Shown here: positions 29,680-45,870 of the stretch, piece after piece
Layout: each line of letters opens with the position of its first letter
Position numbering within the stretch: position 1 is the stretch's first letter
Source of the DNA: the human T2T-CHM13v2.0 reference genome, Homo sapiens
DNA: 64,000 bases
NCBI RefSeq assembly: GCF_009914755.1
Contig: NC_060928.1
Direction: 5' to 3' (one strand)
Translations under genes and position numbers: made by a program
Notes under the pieces: model-generated
Told to the model about the DNA's origin: nothing
The model's database searches: none
The model's input: only the letters and a program-made list of their open reading frames with translations

Positions 29680-30520
29680 CCCATGCAGAAATCAAGTTAA
29701 TTCTAAAATTTATACGGAAAGACAATCTAAAATAGCCAGTACACTTCTGAAAAAGGTATAAACATAGATGTGCACGCTATCTGATTTCAAGACTTACTAA
29801 AACTACAGTAATCCAGAGAGTTTGGTATTAATGAAAGAAGACACACATAGTTCAATGGAACAGAACTGAGAAGCTGGAAATAGACCCACATACATGGTCA
29901 ATAGATTTACAACAAAAAGGTAACCATAGAGAAAGCACAGATTTTTCAACAAATGGTGCTAGAACAATGGTATATCCATATGGAAAAATAAATAAACAAA
30001 CATCAATCCATACCTTGCATCACAAAGTAAACTTACAAGGACCATGAGCTTAAATATAAAACCAATAACTATAAAACATCAGAAGAAAACATCAGAGAAA
30101 AGTTTTGTGGCCTTGAATTAGGCAAAGATTACTTAGATATAACATAAAAAGCATGATCCATAAAAGAAAAAACACTAATAAACTAAATTTCAAGAAAAGT
30201 TAAGACTTCTGCTCTTTGAAATTTGAAGGAAAAGACATGTCAGGGTTTAAGAATAAATATTTGCAAAACACGTATCTGAAAAAAAAACACTCCAGAATAT
30301 ATAAAGAACTCTCAAAACAAAATAATAAAGCAATCTTATTTTTTAAATTACCAAAATATTTGAACAGATACTTCAAAGAAGATACACGGATAGCAAATAA
30401 GCACATGAAAAGATGCACAACATTAGGCATCAGTGAAATACTAAAAACCACAATGAGATATCGCTACACATTAGAAGGATTAAATTTAATAAATGACAAT
30501 ATCTAGTGCTGACGAAGATT
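29680..30520 (+). mobile_element. Old L1M ORF2 fragment
   Basis: ttttcaacaaatggtgctagaacaa; KEDTRIANKHMKRC peptide. Confidence 0.75.
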
Positions 30521-30757
30521 TGGTCTGCATGCACACGCACAAAACAAGGGGGATTAAAAGAAAACTTGTCTCAAAGTGCCACAGTGCTGAAGTAGAAGAG
30601 ATGATGCAAGACTTCCATGAAGAGGTGACACTAAGCTGAATCTTAAAGAATGAACAGGAATCAGTATTTCCCTCAAGGAAGGGGGTTGTAGGTGTGGTAG
30701 GGACAGACAAAGCGAAAATAAAAGCATAAGCAAAGACACATAAATAAGAAATAACAT

Positions 30758-31240
30758 GGCCGGGTGCGGTGGCTCATGCCTGTAATCCCAGCACTTAGGG
30801 AGGCCAAGGAGAGTGGATCACCTGAGGTCAGGCGTTCAAGACCAGCCTGCCCAACATGGTGAAACCCCGTCTCTACTAAAAATGCAAAAATTAGCTGGGC
30901 ATGGTGGCGGACACCTGTAATTCCAGCTACTGGGGAAGCTAACGCAGGGGAATCACTTAAACCCGGGAGGCAGAGGTTTCAGTGAGCCAGTATTGCACCA
31001 CTGCACTCCAGCTGGGGCAACAGAGTGAGACTCCCTCTAAAAAAAAAAGAAAGAAAGAGAGACAGAGAGAGAGAGGAAATAACATGAGGATGCTGAGCAT
31101 AGTGGCTCACACCTGTAATCCCAGCACTTTGGGAGGCTGAGGTGGAAGGATCGTGCTTAAGTCCAAGAGTTCAAGACCAGCCTGGTGGCACAGTGAGACC
31201 CTGTCTGTATTGCTAAAGAAAATAAAAGTAAATTAAAAAA
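30758..31240 (+). mobile_element. AluS (30758-31075) followed by a left-arm monomer (31091-31240)
   Basis: Alu consensus; gaaataacatg on both flanks of the dimer. Confidence 0.92.
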
Positions 31241-31243
31241 AAA

Positions 31244-31534
31244 TTTTTTTTGAGACAGGGTCTTACTCTGTCACTCAGGCTGGAGTACAGTGGGATTGTC
31301 ATGGTTCAATGGAGTCTTGACCTCCTGGGTGTTAAGTGATTCTCCCACTTTAGCCTCCCAAGTAGCTGGGACTATATGTGCATACCACCCCACGCCTGGC
31401 TAATTTTTGTATTTTTTGTAGAAGCAGGATTTCACCACATTCCCCAGGCTGGTCTTGAACTCCTGAGCTCAAGTGATCTGCCCACCTTGGCCTCCCAAAG
31501 TGCTGTGATTACAGGTGTGAGCCAAGGCCTGGCC
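31244..31534 (-). mobile_element. AluJ
   Basis: Alu antisense consensus. Confidence 0.92.
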
Positions 31535-31667
31535 TAAAAATATTTTTAAAAAAGGAAACAATATGAGGAGAGAGGCTGTTCACAGGGGTTGCTGAAAAAT
31601 ATCACCAGAGTCATGGAGAGATGATGTTCTATATGTAAAGATAGAAAGCTTCAAAAATCTGCTTCTA

Positions 31668-32087
<420 letters not shown>

Positions 32088-33205
32088 TCATTCGCTTTTA
32101 TTTTCCTCTACTCAACAACATTGCTTCTAGTTACACATCTGAGTGGGCCTATATCCTCTAATGATTTAGCTATCACATTATTAAAGACATTACAAATGCC
32201 TTAAAATCCCTGTACTTATATTAAATATAAAATACTCTTGTCACTTGCCATCATAAAAGCAAACTATAGCATGGCGTTTCAATGTCATTACACTTACCCC
32301 CAGTTTCTCAGCATACACAATTATAATCACTAGTGTAGTGAAGAGATTCATTCAGTTAGCACAAGACTCAAATCTAAAATGTGTACTCAAACTCTTCTTT
32401 GAAACTCAGAGAATCCACTTAAAGGAGACTACACTATCTATTTCTAAATTTGGGATTCTTTAGGTGCAGCAAATGATGATGACAATAATCACCATCACTG
32501 CAACTACCAACTACTAGCTACTACATATAAGTTATTTACCTAACTTTATTTCACTTAATTAATTTCTCCCAACAATCTTGTAAGCAGGTATTACTATTCC
32601 AATTCTAGCATTCAGAAAACTGTAATATAAAGAGGTTTAGAAGCTTGCTGGCAAGCAGCAGAACTGGAATTCTAATCCAATTCCACTACATTGATCTGCC
32701 TCAGATATACGCCTTCAATAAATCCTTTGTCTTTAAAGTTTGAAAACCCTCAAAATGATCTCCAATACTAGTATCATAAATCTGAAAATCTACTTTCTTT
32801 GACCAAACTTCTTTTTTGTTCCAATATTAGTGGGAAATCTACATTCCACAATTTGGCAAAAAGTAAGTTAAAATAGCTCGATCACATTCCAAGATTTAAT
32901 GAATATATTCAAGATTTAATTTTTTTGCATACTAAGGTAAAATGTAAGCGAACAGTTTTTTAAAAACTTGGATGGGAAAAGATCTCTTCAGGCAGGAATC
33001 CAAAAATAGAAACATAAAAAGACATATTTATATGATTATCTAAAAATTCAAACCTCCTGTACATTATACAAGACAAAATGAAAAGCAAGTAAAATACGGA
33101 AGATATGTATGACATGCATGATAAGGTTAACAGTTTTAAACATGCTAAGAGATTACATAATACCTTTTTAAATGAGAAAGAACATATTATAATAATAGGC
33201 AATTC

Positions 33206-33634
<429 letters not shown>

Positions 33635-34186
33635 CTAAGCCTAAAGACAAGAGTTTATTCTCAACAATAAGGTAGTTAAATAAAATACAGCCATATCTAT
33701 ATGGCAGTACAAGTCTCCTTTCTCTCTTTTCATAAGTAAATAAATTGATTTAAATTTTCCACCAACTCCCCTTCCACACATCACTAGTATTTCACTACAA
33801 TGAAGATAATGTTTTCAATTTTTTAATTTTAAGCAGCTAAAACTGGTATGCTTGAATGGGATGGACTTTAGGCCAAAACAGAATAAGGTAAACACAGAAT
33901 GATTCAATGCAGAGCTGTCTCCCAAACTGTTAAATTATTTAGCTAATCATACAGCTCTTAGTCAAACCCAAAGTGATAGTAAACCCTCTAACTGCTTGTT
34001 TTCAAGGAAAAACTTAAGATATCCTACAAACTGACTATGCTGAGTACACAGCTCCCCCCACGCTCCCCCCAACCCCGCCCCAATGCAATCATTTAGTCAA
34101 CTCAATTTTCTCATTAACAAAATGTTCAAATACAATGCAAGGAACTTTTAGCCAAAGGGGAAAAAAAAGTCAGTCTTTTTTTGTTT

Positions 34187-34726
34187 AGCACATTGGGAGG
34201 CTGAGGTGGGAGGGCTGTTTGAGGCCAGTAGTTCAAGACCACCCTGGGCAACATGGCAAGACCCTGTCTCTACAAAAAATAAAATTAGCTGGGGTGGTGG
34301 TGCATGCCTGTAGTCCCGGCTACTCAGGAAGATTCCTTGAGCCCAGGAGGTTAAGGCTGCAGTGAGCCATGATCATGCCACTGCACTCCAGCCTGGGCGA
34401 CAGAGGGAAACCCCGCCTCAAAAAAAAAAGCCAAGCATGATGGATTATGCCTGTAATCCCAGAACTTTGGGAGGCAGAGGTGGGCAGATGGCATGAGCTC
34501 AGGAGTTTGAGACCAGCCTGGGCAACATGGCAAAACCCTGTCTCTACAAAAAATACAAAAATTAGCTGGGCATTGTGACATGTGCCTATGTTCTCAGCTA
34601 CTTGGGAAGCTGAGGTGAGGGGATTGCTTGAGCCCAAGAAGTGGATGCTGCAGTGACCGGTGATTGTGCCACTGCAGCCTAAGCGACAAAGCAAGACACT
34701 GTCTCAAAAAAAAAAAAAAAAAAAAA
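34187..34726 (+). mobile_element. Two tandem AluJ elements
   Basis: 34187-34429 (5'-truncated) and 34430-34726. Confidence 0.92.
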
Positions 34727-34779
34727 ATTCATTCCCATCTGCTTAATACAACATACAAATTTTTAAATATAAAGCATGC

Positions 34780-35380
34780 CCTAAAAATCCTCTGTGCTCT
34801 GCCTATTTATCATTCCCTCTCCCCCTCCCCCTGGCAATCACTCATCTTTTTGCTGCCTCCATAGTTTTGCCTTTTCCCGAGTGTCATTTAGTTGGACTCA
34901 TACGGTGTGTAGTCTTTTCAGATTGGGTTCTTTCATTTAGTATTATGCATTTTAAGTTTCCTCCATGTCTTTTCATAGCTTGATAGCTCATTTCTTTTTA
35001 GCACTGAATAACACATCACTGTCTGGATGTACCACAGTTTATTTATCCACTCACCTACTGAAGGACATCTGGGTTGCTTCCAAGTTTGGACAATTATGAA
35101 TAAAGCTGCTATAAACATTCATGTGCAGGTTTTTGTGTAGACATAAGTTTTTTATTCATTTGGGTAAATACCAAAAAGCATGATGGCTGGATCATATGGT
35201 AAGAGTATGCTTATTAGTTTTGTAAGAAACTGCCAAACTGTCTTCCAGATTAGCTATATTATTTTGCATTCTCACCAGCAATGAATTCCCATTGCTCCAC
35301 ATCCTCCTTGGCATTTGGTGTTGTCAGTGTTTTGGATCTGGCCATTCTAAAAGGTACACTGGTATCTCATTGTTGTTTAC
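34780..35380 (-). mobile_element. L1MC-type 3' fragment
   Basis: MFIAALFIIVQTWKQPRCPSVGEWINKLWYI is the L1 ORF2 C-terminus. Confidence 0.85.
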
Positions 35381-35451
35381 AAAGGATTTTTTAATTAAAA
35401 AATAAAAAGGCATTTGACTATATTTGAAGATATGCAAAAAACTTTCCCCAC

Positions 35452-35708
35452 TTTTTTTTTAATTTTGAGACGGATTCTTGCTCTGTCGCCCAGGCTAGAG
35501 TTCTCCTGCCTCAGCTTCCCAAGTAGCCAGAATTACAGGTGCCCACCACTGCGCCTGGCTGATTTTTTTTTTTTTTTTCATTTTTAGTAAAGATGAGGTT
35601 TCACCATCTTGGCCAGGCTGGTCTCGAACACTCCTGACCTCGTGATCCACCCGCCTCGGCTTTCCAAAGTGCTGGGATTACAGGCATGATGAGCCACTGT
35701 GCCCAGCC
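35452..35708 (-). mobile_element. AluS with large right-arm deletion
   Basis: caggctagag joined directly to ttctcctgcc. Confidence 0.92.
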
Positions 35709-35741
35709 AAAACTTTCACATTTTTAAAAACAATCTTTGTT

Positions 35742-36025
35742 AGCCAGGTGCGGTGGCTCATACCTGTAATCCCAGCACTTCGGGAGGCTGAGGCGGGCAG
35801 ATCACTTGAGGTCAGGAGTTCCAGACCAGACTGACCAACATCATGAAACACCGTCTATACTGAAAATAAAAAAATTAGCCAGGCATGATGGTGCACACTT
35901 GTAATCCCAGCTACTCGGGAAGCTGAGGCAGGAAAATCACAAACCCGGGAAGTGGGAGCTGCAGTGCGCCAAGATCGCGCCACTGCACTCCAGCCTGAGC
36001 AACAAAGCCAGGCTCCGTCTCCAAA
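35742..36025 (+). mobile_element. AluS followed by (ATC)n
   Basis: Alu consensus. Confidence 0.94.
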
Positions 36026-37188
36026 TAATCATCATCATCATCATCTTCAGCATCATCTTTGTCATATTTCTGATAGCCTAGCATGTTATCAACATTGAGA
36101 AAGCTATATATTACCTAAAGATATCTGCAAACTATCAAGATAAGTAACAAATGTGTACGGTTAAAAAAAAAAGCAAAGATTAATAAAATGAGAAAATACT
36201 GCCAAGTAGAGGAAGTAGTTTAAGAATACTTACAGATTCACAAAATAAATGGGTATGTAAAAAGTTCAGTGTCCATTTAAACATCCATATTTTCTTTGAT
36301 CAAAAGCAGAACATTTATGGTTTTTTGTAAAATGTTTTGTTATTATAAGCCTAATACTAATGCATATAATTTCTCTAAGGCTCATTCTTCTGTTGTACTC
36401 ATGATATTTTTCTAAGTTTTTTTTCATATTCTGATTGAGAAAAATTAATCTGATTTTGCTTGGGTATTATTTAAACAACAAATGGTAGGTATTTTTGACT
36501 GTAAATCACTCACATACCCATAATATTTTAAAAATCATTTGGTATTGTGAAAAATATTCCGATAAGGAAAACCTTGCATCTAAAGGAAACACTGCATGTT
36601 CTTAATTTATAGATTCAAGACCATATTCCTCCCAGAGAATATATATGTACATATATATATACTTGAAGCATAAATATATTCAAAAGCATGTTTAAAAACA
36701 AGGATACTTTACACTGTATTTACTCATCAGCTGTTCAATAATTTTAAATTCAAATAAAATTACCCAGAGTTACTTTACTTTGTTTAGAAGTGCCTAAAGG
36801 TCATTTATAAATGCCCATGGATAACAGATTATCCCCAAGCAGTAATATCCTGTCTTGAGATACAAAATACTTGTTTTCCCAACAACCTCTAGGCATAAGA
36901 TAAATAGAATCATTAGTAAGTAAGCTATGTCTCTTCTTTTTGAAACCAAAGTGCAATGACATATAAAAAAGTATAGATTTGGGTGCTGTTAACCACCGAT
37001 AACCTCCCTAGGTGCCTACATCCATGGCAACTATAGAGGCAAAAATTCTATACTTTAAGCCATCAGTTTGAACAATCAGCAAATTAAAAAAAATACAGAC
37101 GCCCTTATTGACCAATCCCAGTGGCAGCAACTAAATCAAGTAGCTATGCTAAACTGAAAATATGAGAAAAATATATTAAGTAAAATTA

Positions 37189-37512
<324 letters not shown>

Positions 37513-37601
37513 TTAGTAACTGTCATGGCTCTCTCCAAGAAATACTAACATAACAAATCACAGTTTTCTATGGCAGCACATACTGAAGTCCCCTCTAAAA
37601 A

Positions 37602-37822
37602 AGTGACTCTCGACCAGATGTGATTCTGCCCCTCAGGAGACATTTGGCAATGTTTAGAGATGGTTTTGGTTAACACAACTTGGGTGGCTTGGCAGGGGTG
37701 CTACTGGAATCTAGTAGGCAGAGGTCACAGATGCTGTTAAACACCTACAGAACTCAGGACAGCCCCCACAACAAGAAATATCTTGTCCCAAATGCCAATG
37801 GTGCTAAGGTTAAAAATCCCTG
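37602..37822 (+). mobile_element. MER20 (hAT-Charlie) DNA transposon fossil
   Basis: gacatttggcaatgt.tagaga ... gtgctactggaatctagt ... ggacagcccccacaacaagaa. Confidence 0.8.
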
Positions 37823-38615
37823 CACAAATATGACCTAAGCATGAGTCCAGAGTATAGTATCCATTGAAAAAAGCATTTAGAAAATCAAGTACCATGCAAA
37901 GAAATCATTGTCAGAGAGAAATGAAAAAGCCAGAGGTTATGAATTGTATTTATTTCCAAATTCTTCGTAAGAGATGATGATATTCTAGCCATCAAAAGTA
38001 TCTCTGGATGCTGAGAAGCAGACAGCTATTCCACCAAAGGCTGAGCATCCCAGCAATTTCCAACTGGAGACAAATAATAGGATATAACTATCATTCAATG
38101 AGCACCAACCATGTGACAAACATTATCCATAGTGTTTTACGCGTCAGTAATCACAACTTTTAAGTTGGAGGTGCTTTAATTATCTTTATTTTAGAGTGGC
38201 ATAAGCGCATTCTGAAATTTGCCTCTGGTCACATGGTTAGTGGGTGGCACAGTGGGATTTAACCCAAGCAGTCTGGCTCTACAGTCCCAGCAGCAGAGAC
38301 TACATCATGCTGCCCCCGTCTCTTATGATGGACTTGGAAAACTCTGAGGACAGAGCAGGAGAACAGAGAAAAACTTGACAGGAATTCTGGGCATTTCCCT
38401 GAGTACTAAGCAGCAGCCACTGATTTCTGAGTGTTGGGTAGGGGAGCTGAGAAAGACATGGCCAACATGATTACTACAGAAACTGCTCAAGATTAGAAGA
38501 CAGATAAGCTTTCTATGCAGTAAGAGTGTACAGGTATATGCGTTATAAATTTTACTAAAATGTCTCCCATGAAACTTAAAAATTGTAAAACAATTTTTGT
38601 TAATTTTATATAGCC

Positions 38616-38951
<336 letters not shown>

Positions 38952-39693
38952 TTATAGTCTTATAGTCTGGTAGTTCTCAACCTTGGTTGGCCTTTATGGA
39001 AGAAACAATACCAATTCCACATAAAGTCTTCCATAAAGTTGAGGCAAACATTACCCTAATATCAAATGAAACAAGAGTGCAAGAAAACTATGGACTTCAT
39101 GAACATAAATGCAAATAAAGTCTTTTTTGAAGTTTAGCAAATTAAATCCAGCAATATAAAAAAAAGAGTGATCCATCATTATACCAAGTGGTGACTACCC
39201 CAGTAATGCAAGCAAGGTTGATTTAACGTTCAAAATAATAAAAACCACCTATTAAGAAACTTAAAAGAATACACATGATCATCTCAATAGATACATAAAA
39301 AGCATCTGAAAAATCCAATGGCCATTCCTATTTAAAAAGAAAACCTTCATTTAAAAAATAAAAGTGAATTTACTTAGCCTGATAAATGGCATCAATGAAA
39401 AATCTATAGCTAACATTAATGGTGAAATTCTGAATGCTTTTCTCCTAAGATCAGAAACAGGGCAAGGATGTTAGCTCTCACTTCTATTGAAGTTTACACC
39501 AGACACCAGAAGTTCTAGCCCATGCAATCAAGCAAGAGAGAAGATATAAAAGTCATGGAGACTGGAAGGAAGAATTAAACTCATGTTTATTCACAAACAA
39601 TAAATTATATATATGTAAAAAATCCTATAGAATCTACAAAAAATCTAACAGAATTAATGAATAGATTTAACAGGTAACAGAATACAAGATTAA

Positions 39694-40066
<373 letters not shown>

Positions 40067-40143
40067 AGTAAAATTTTTTAAAGTATCATTTACAATGACA
40101 TAAAAAAATAGAGATTAATATGAAAACAGATGTGCAAACCAGT

Positions 40144-40537
40144 TGACATGGTTTAGCTCTGTGTCCACACCCAAGTCTCATGTCCAGTTGTGGTTCCTAG
40201 TGTTGGAGGAGGGGCCTGGTGGGAGGTGACTGAATCATGGGGACAGACTTCTCCCTTGCTGTTCTCATGACAGAGTTCTTAAGACAGCTGGTTATTTGAA
40301 AAGTGTGTGGCACTTCCCCCTTCACTCCTGTTCTTTCTGTCTCTCTCCTGCTGGCCTTGTGAGGATGTGCCTGCTTCCCCTTCACCTTCCACCATGATTG
40401 TTAAGTCTTCTGAGGCCTCCCCAGAAGCAGAAGTCTGTACGGGGCCCACAGAACCATGAGCTGATTAAGCCTCTTCTCTTTATAAATTACCCAGTCTCAG
40501 GTATGTTTTTACAGCAGTGTGAGACTGGACTAATACA
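40144..40537 (+). mobile_element. MST (ERVL-MaLR) solo LTR
   Basis: tgacatggtttagctctgtgtcc ... ataaattacccagtctcaggt ... gactaataca; perfect 5-bp TSD ccagt at 40139-40143 and 40538-40542. Confidence 0.9.
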
Positions 40538-40724
40538 CCAGTACACTGGAAACTATAACACATTACTGAGAAAAATTAAAGAACTAAATAAATGAAGACA
40601 TACCTTATATTCATGGGTCAGAAGAATCAATATTAAGATGTTATTCTTCCCCAAATGATCTACAAATTTAACACAATCCCAGTGAAATACCTAAGGTGGT
40701 TTTTTTTTATTCATTGAAAGTGAT

Positions 40725-40901
40725 CTTTTTTCTTTCCTTTTATCTTTAATAATTTCAGCTTTTATTTTAGATTCAGGGAGTACACATGCAGGCTTGTTAC
40801 ATGGGTATATTGCATGATGCTGGGGTTTAGGGTATGAATGATGGCATCACCCAGGTAGTAAGCATAATACCTAACAGGTAGTTGTTCAGCCCTGTTCCCC
40901 T
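40725..40901 (-). mobile_element. Short older L1PA 3' end
   Basis: ttttattttagattcaggg.gtacacatgcagg.ttgttacatgggtatattgcatgatgct. Confidence 0.8.
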
Positions 40902-41030
40902 CATGACATTTTTTTTTTATAGAAATTAACATGCTTATTCTAAAATATATATGGAAATTCCAAGGGCCTAGAAAAGCTAACGCTGAAACAACTTTGAAAA
41001 AGAAAAATAAAATTGGAGGATTTACACTAT

Positions 41031-41405
41031 TGATATGGTCTGGCTCTGGGTCCCCACTCAAATATCATCTCAAATTGCAATCCCTATGTGTTGGGGGAGG
41101 TGCTTGGTGGGAAGTGATTGAATCATGGGGGAGGACTTCTCCCTTGCTTTTTCTTGTGATAGTGAGTTCTCATTAGAGATTGTTGCTTGAAGGGGATGTG
41201 TGGCACTTCCCCCTACACTCTCTCTCCTGCTCTGCCATGCTAAGACATGCTTGCTTCCCCTTCACCTTCTGCCATGATTCTACGTTTCCTGAGGCCTCCC
41301 AGTCATGCTTCTTGCCTGCGAACCAGGAGTCAATTAAACTTCTTTTCTTCATAAATTACCCAGTCTCAGGTATTTTTTACAGCAGTGTGAGAACAGACTA
41401 ACAGA
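41031..41405 (+). mobile_element. MST (ERVL-MaLR) solo LTR
   Basis: tgatatggtctggctctg ... ataaattacccagtctcaggt ... gactaacaga; TSD actat/actac. Confidence 0.88.
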
Positions 41406-41546
41406 ACTACGTAATTTCAAGAGTTATTACAAAGCTTCAGTAATCATGGCAATAAGGTACTGACAAAGATTAACATCAAGAGAACAGAGTCTAGAAACAA
41501 ACACAAACATACATGGTCAATTAATTTTCAACAAAACTGCCAAGGA

Positions 41547-41850
41547 CGCCAGGTGTGGTGGCTCATGCCTGTAATCCCACCACTTTGGGAGGGCAAGGAA
41601 GGCAGACTGCCTGACCTCAGGAGTTCGAGACCAGCCTGGACAACATGGCAAAACCCCATGTCTAACAGAGAAATACAAAAAAATTAGCTGGGCATGGTGG
41701 TGTCCCTGTGGTCTTAACTACTTGGGAGGCTGGGATGAGAGGATCACTTGAGCCTGGGAGGTCCAGGCTGCAGTGAGCCATGATGGTGCCGCTGCAGTGA
41801 GCCGTGATGGTGCCACTGCACTCCAGCCTGACAGAGGAAGACCTTGTCTC

Positions 41851-41879
<29 letters not shown>
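41547..41879 (+). mobile_element. AluJ with internal 24-bp duplication
   Basis: Alu consensus; TSD aaaactgccaagga. Confidence 0.94.
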
Positions 41880-41881
<2 letters not shown>

Positions 41882-42004
41882 GCCAAGGATATTCACTGGG
41901 GAGGATAATCTCTAACTAATAGTGGTAGAGCAATTAGATTACCATATTTTAAACAAACGAACCTCAAACTTTACCTCATACTATATAAAAAAAAAACAAA
42001 AACA

Positions 42005-42592
42005 CAGTAGCCCCCCATCTCTGTCCCTTATCTACAGTTTCACTGCAGTTTGTAACCTGTAGCCAACAGGGTCAAAAGATATTAAATGGAAAATTCCAGA
42101 AATAAACAATTCACAAGTTTTAAATTGTGTGCCAGTCTGAGTAGTGTGATGAAATCTCCTGCTGTCTCTTTCAGTCCTGCTTGGACATGATTCATCCCTT
42201 TGTCCAGCATATTCACACTGTTTAGTATACCTGCCTATTAGTCAATCAGTATCTATCTCAGTTATCAGACTGTCAGTCTCACAGTGTGTTTAAGAAACCC
42301 TTATTTTACTTAATAATGGCCCCAAAGCACAAGAGTAGTGATGCTGGAAATTCAGGTATGCCAAAAAGAAACCATAAGGGGCTTCCTTTTTAAGTGAAAT
42401 GGTGAAAATTCTCAATTTAATAAGGGAAGAAAAAAATCGTATAGTGAGGTTGCCAAAATCAATGGTAAGAATTAATCTTCCACCTATGACATTGTGAAGA
42501 AGGAAACAGAAATTCATGTGGTAACTGCAGTTTTAGGCATCCACTGAGGGTCTTGGAATATATATCCTCCACAAATAAGGGTGGGACTACTC
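42005..42592 (+). mobile_element. MER44 (Tigger7-derived) DNA transposon fossil inserted in L1
   Basis: Terminal inverted repeats cagtagcccccc..ccttat / ataagggtgggactactc; attaaatggaaaattccagaaataaacaattca core. Confidence 0.8.
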
Positions 42593-42796
42593 TATGTTCA
42601 ACATGGATCACAGGCCTAAATTTAAGAGCCAAAATTATAAAATATCTAGAAGAAAACACAGGAGAAAACCTTGGTGACTATGAGTTTCGCAAGGATATCT
42701 TCAACACCAAAACAAAAGCATGATCCATAAAACAAAAAATTGATAAATTAGACTTTCAAGAACTTTTGCTCCTTGAAAAACATTATTAGGAAAATA

Positions 42797-43075
42797 GGCT
42801 AGGCATGGTGGCTCCTGTCTGTAATCCCAACATTTTGGGAGGCCAAGGAAGGAGAAGCACTTGAGACCAGGAGTTCAAGACCAGCCTGGGCAAATATAGC
42901 AAGACCCCGTCTTTACAAAGTAATACAAAATCAGCCAGGAGCCTATAGTCCTAGTTACTCAGGAGGCTGAGGCAGGAGGACTGCTTGAGCCCAGAGGCTG
43001 CAGTGAGCTATGATCGTACCATTGCACTCCTGCCTTGACAACAGATTGAGATCTTGTCTCTAAAACAAATAAATA
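42797..43075 (+). mobile_element. AluJ
   Basis: Diverged Alu consensus. Confidence 0.9.
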
Positions 43076-43455
43076 ATTTTTTTAAAAAAAGAAAATAACC
43101 CACACACTGGGAAAAAATATTTACAAATCATGTATATGATAAAGAATGTATATCCAACATAAAGAACTGTCAAAATTCAGTAATAAAAAAAATTTCTAAT
43201 GGGCAAAACATTTTAATAGACACTTCACCAAAGAAGATATATTGATGGTAAAAAAGTACATAAGATGCTTTAGTCATTAGAGAAGTGAAAATTAAACCAC
43301 AATGAGATTCTACTCTATACTTTGGCCTATTAGAATGGCTAAGTTTTTAAAAAACCGAGCCAAGAAAACAACCGGAACTTTCATACACTAAAGATGAGAA
43401 TGCAAAATGCTACAACTTTGGGAGAAAGTTTGAAGGTTTCTTAAAAAGGTAAACA

Positions 43456-43747
43456 GGCCAGGCACGGTGGCTCACACGTATAATTGCAACACTTTGGGAG
43501 GCCGAGGTGGGAGGATTGCTTGAGCCAGGAGTTCAACATGAGCCTGGGCAACATAGTTAGACCCCATTTCAATTAAAAAAAAAAAAATAGCCAGGCATGG
43601 TGGTGTGCACCTGTGATCCCAGCTACTAAGGCAGCCGAGGTAGGATTGCTTGAGCCTGGGAGGTCAAGGCTAGAGTGTGCCATGATCACACAACTGCATT
43701 CCAGCCTGAGTGAAGGAGCAAGACCCTATCTCAAAAAAAGAAAAAAA
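43456..43747 (+). mobile_element. AluJ
   Basis: Diverged Alu consensus. Confidence 0.92.
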
Positions 43748-43899
43748 GTTAAATATGCAGCTACCATATGACCCAGACATTCCACTCCTAGATATTTACC
43801 CAAGATAAATGAAAACATTTGTTCACCCAAAGATTAAACTGAACTCAAATGTTCTTAGAGCTTTATTTATAACAGCCCAAAACTGGAAACTGTTGAACA

Positions 43900-44477
<578 letters not shown>

Positions 44478-44960
44478 GGAACATGTTCAGACCCAAACTA
44501 AGAAGTTGCAAGGGTACCTGTAAAAGGATCACATATCATCTATTATAAGCCAAGTGTATGAGAGCTCTTTCATTCAAAGTAACAAATCCTCTAGAAAAAG
44601 TAGATTTAGTCCATGTTTTAATGTGGAAAAAAACTGAAGTAACATTCTAACACTTCATATGAAATCCTTCATCTTTTTCCTTTTCCTACCTTCCAATTTC
44701 GGGCTCTGCCTCTCTGGTAGTACATGGCAAATCCAAGAATTGAGTATTTTTTCACAAATTTAATATCTGTTTATATAAACAATCACCTGTACATAAAACT
44801 AAGCATGTTATACTCCATCAAAAAAAAAAACTAATTCAAGAAATTGGTTTTAATTACCAGAAAACTGAACTTGATAGTATCAAAAACTGAACTAATGAAT
44901 CCTTTTCATAAAGCTAATTACTTTAGCTTTTCTATTTCTTCAGGAAAATATTTTAAATTA

Positions 44961-45290
<330 letters not shown>

Positions 45291-45870
45291 GTCTTGTATA
45301 CAAAGTTTTGAACAATATGAAAGTCTGAATAGCTGTAACAGCCATCCCATACTTTTGAACTGAACCAAATTATACAATATTTTAATGTTAGATAAACATA
45401 AAAGATGTGTAAAGAGGTGTTAAAACTAGTATGACTATTCTGAGAAGCAGGGTTTAGAATGTGTATAAGCCATATCTGAAATCTACAAGTCTCCATTAAA
45501 AACAGTAGAGTAAAACAGAAAAATCTTAGTAGCCCAACTGTCTGAAATAAAACTTGATAAAGTATAAAGAAAAGCTCCATCCAGGAGAGGGTTCCAAGGT
45601 ACCAACATCTTAATTACAAAAGGATGTAAAAGAAAGTTAAGGCCAATGCTGACTCACACTGATCCAAAACAACTAGCATTAAACAAAGAGCTAACCCTTA
45701 ACTTTTTGGCATGAATAAAATGCCTACAAAAGTATCCACTCTACTCATATAAATGACTGCCAAGAAGGTGGTGCTTTGTATTGAGCAGAAAGGTTAGAAG
45801 GGAAAGGGTGTCAACTTTAAAATTGCTCCTAAAATAGTTGATTAGAAGGATAAAGAACAAGAGAACTTAC

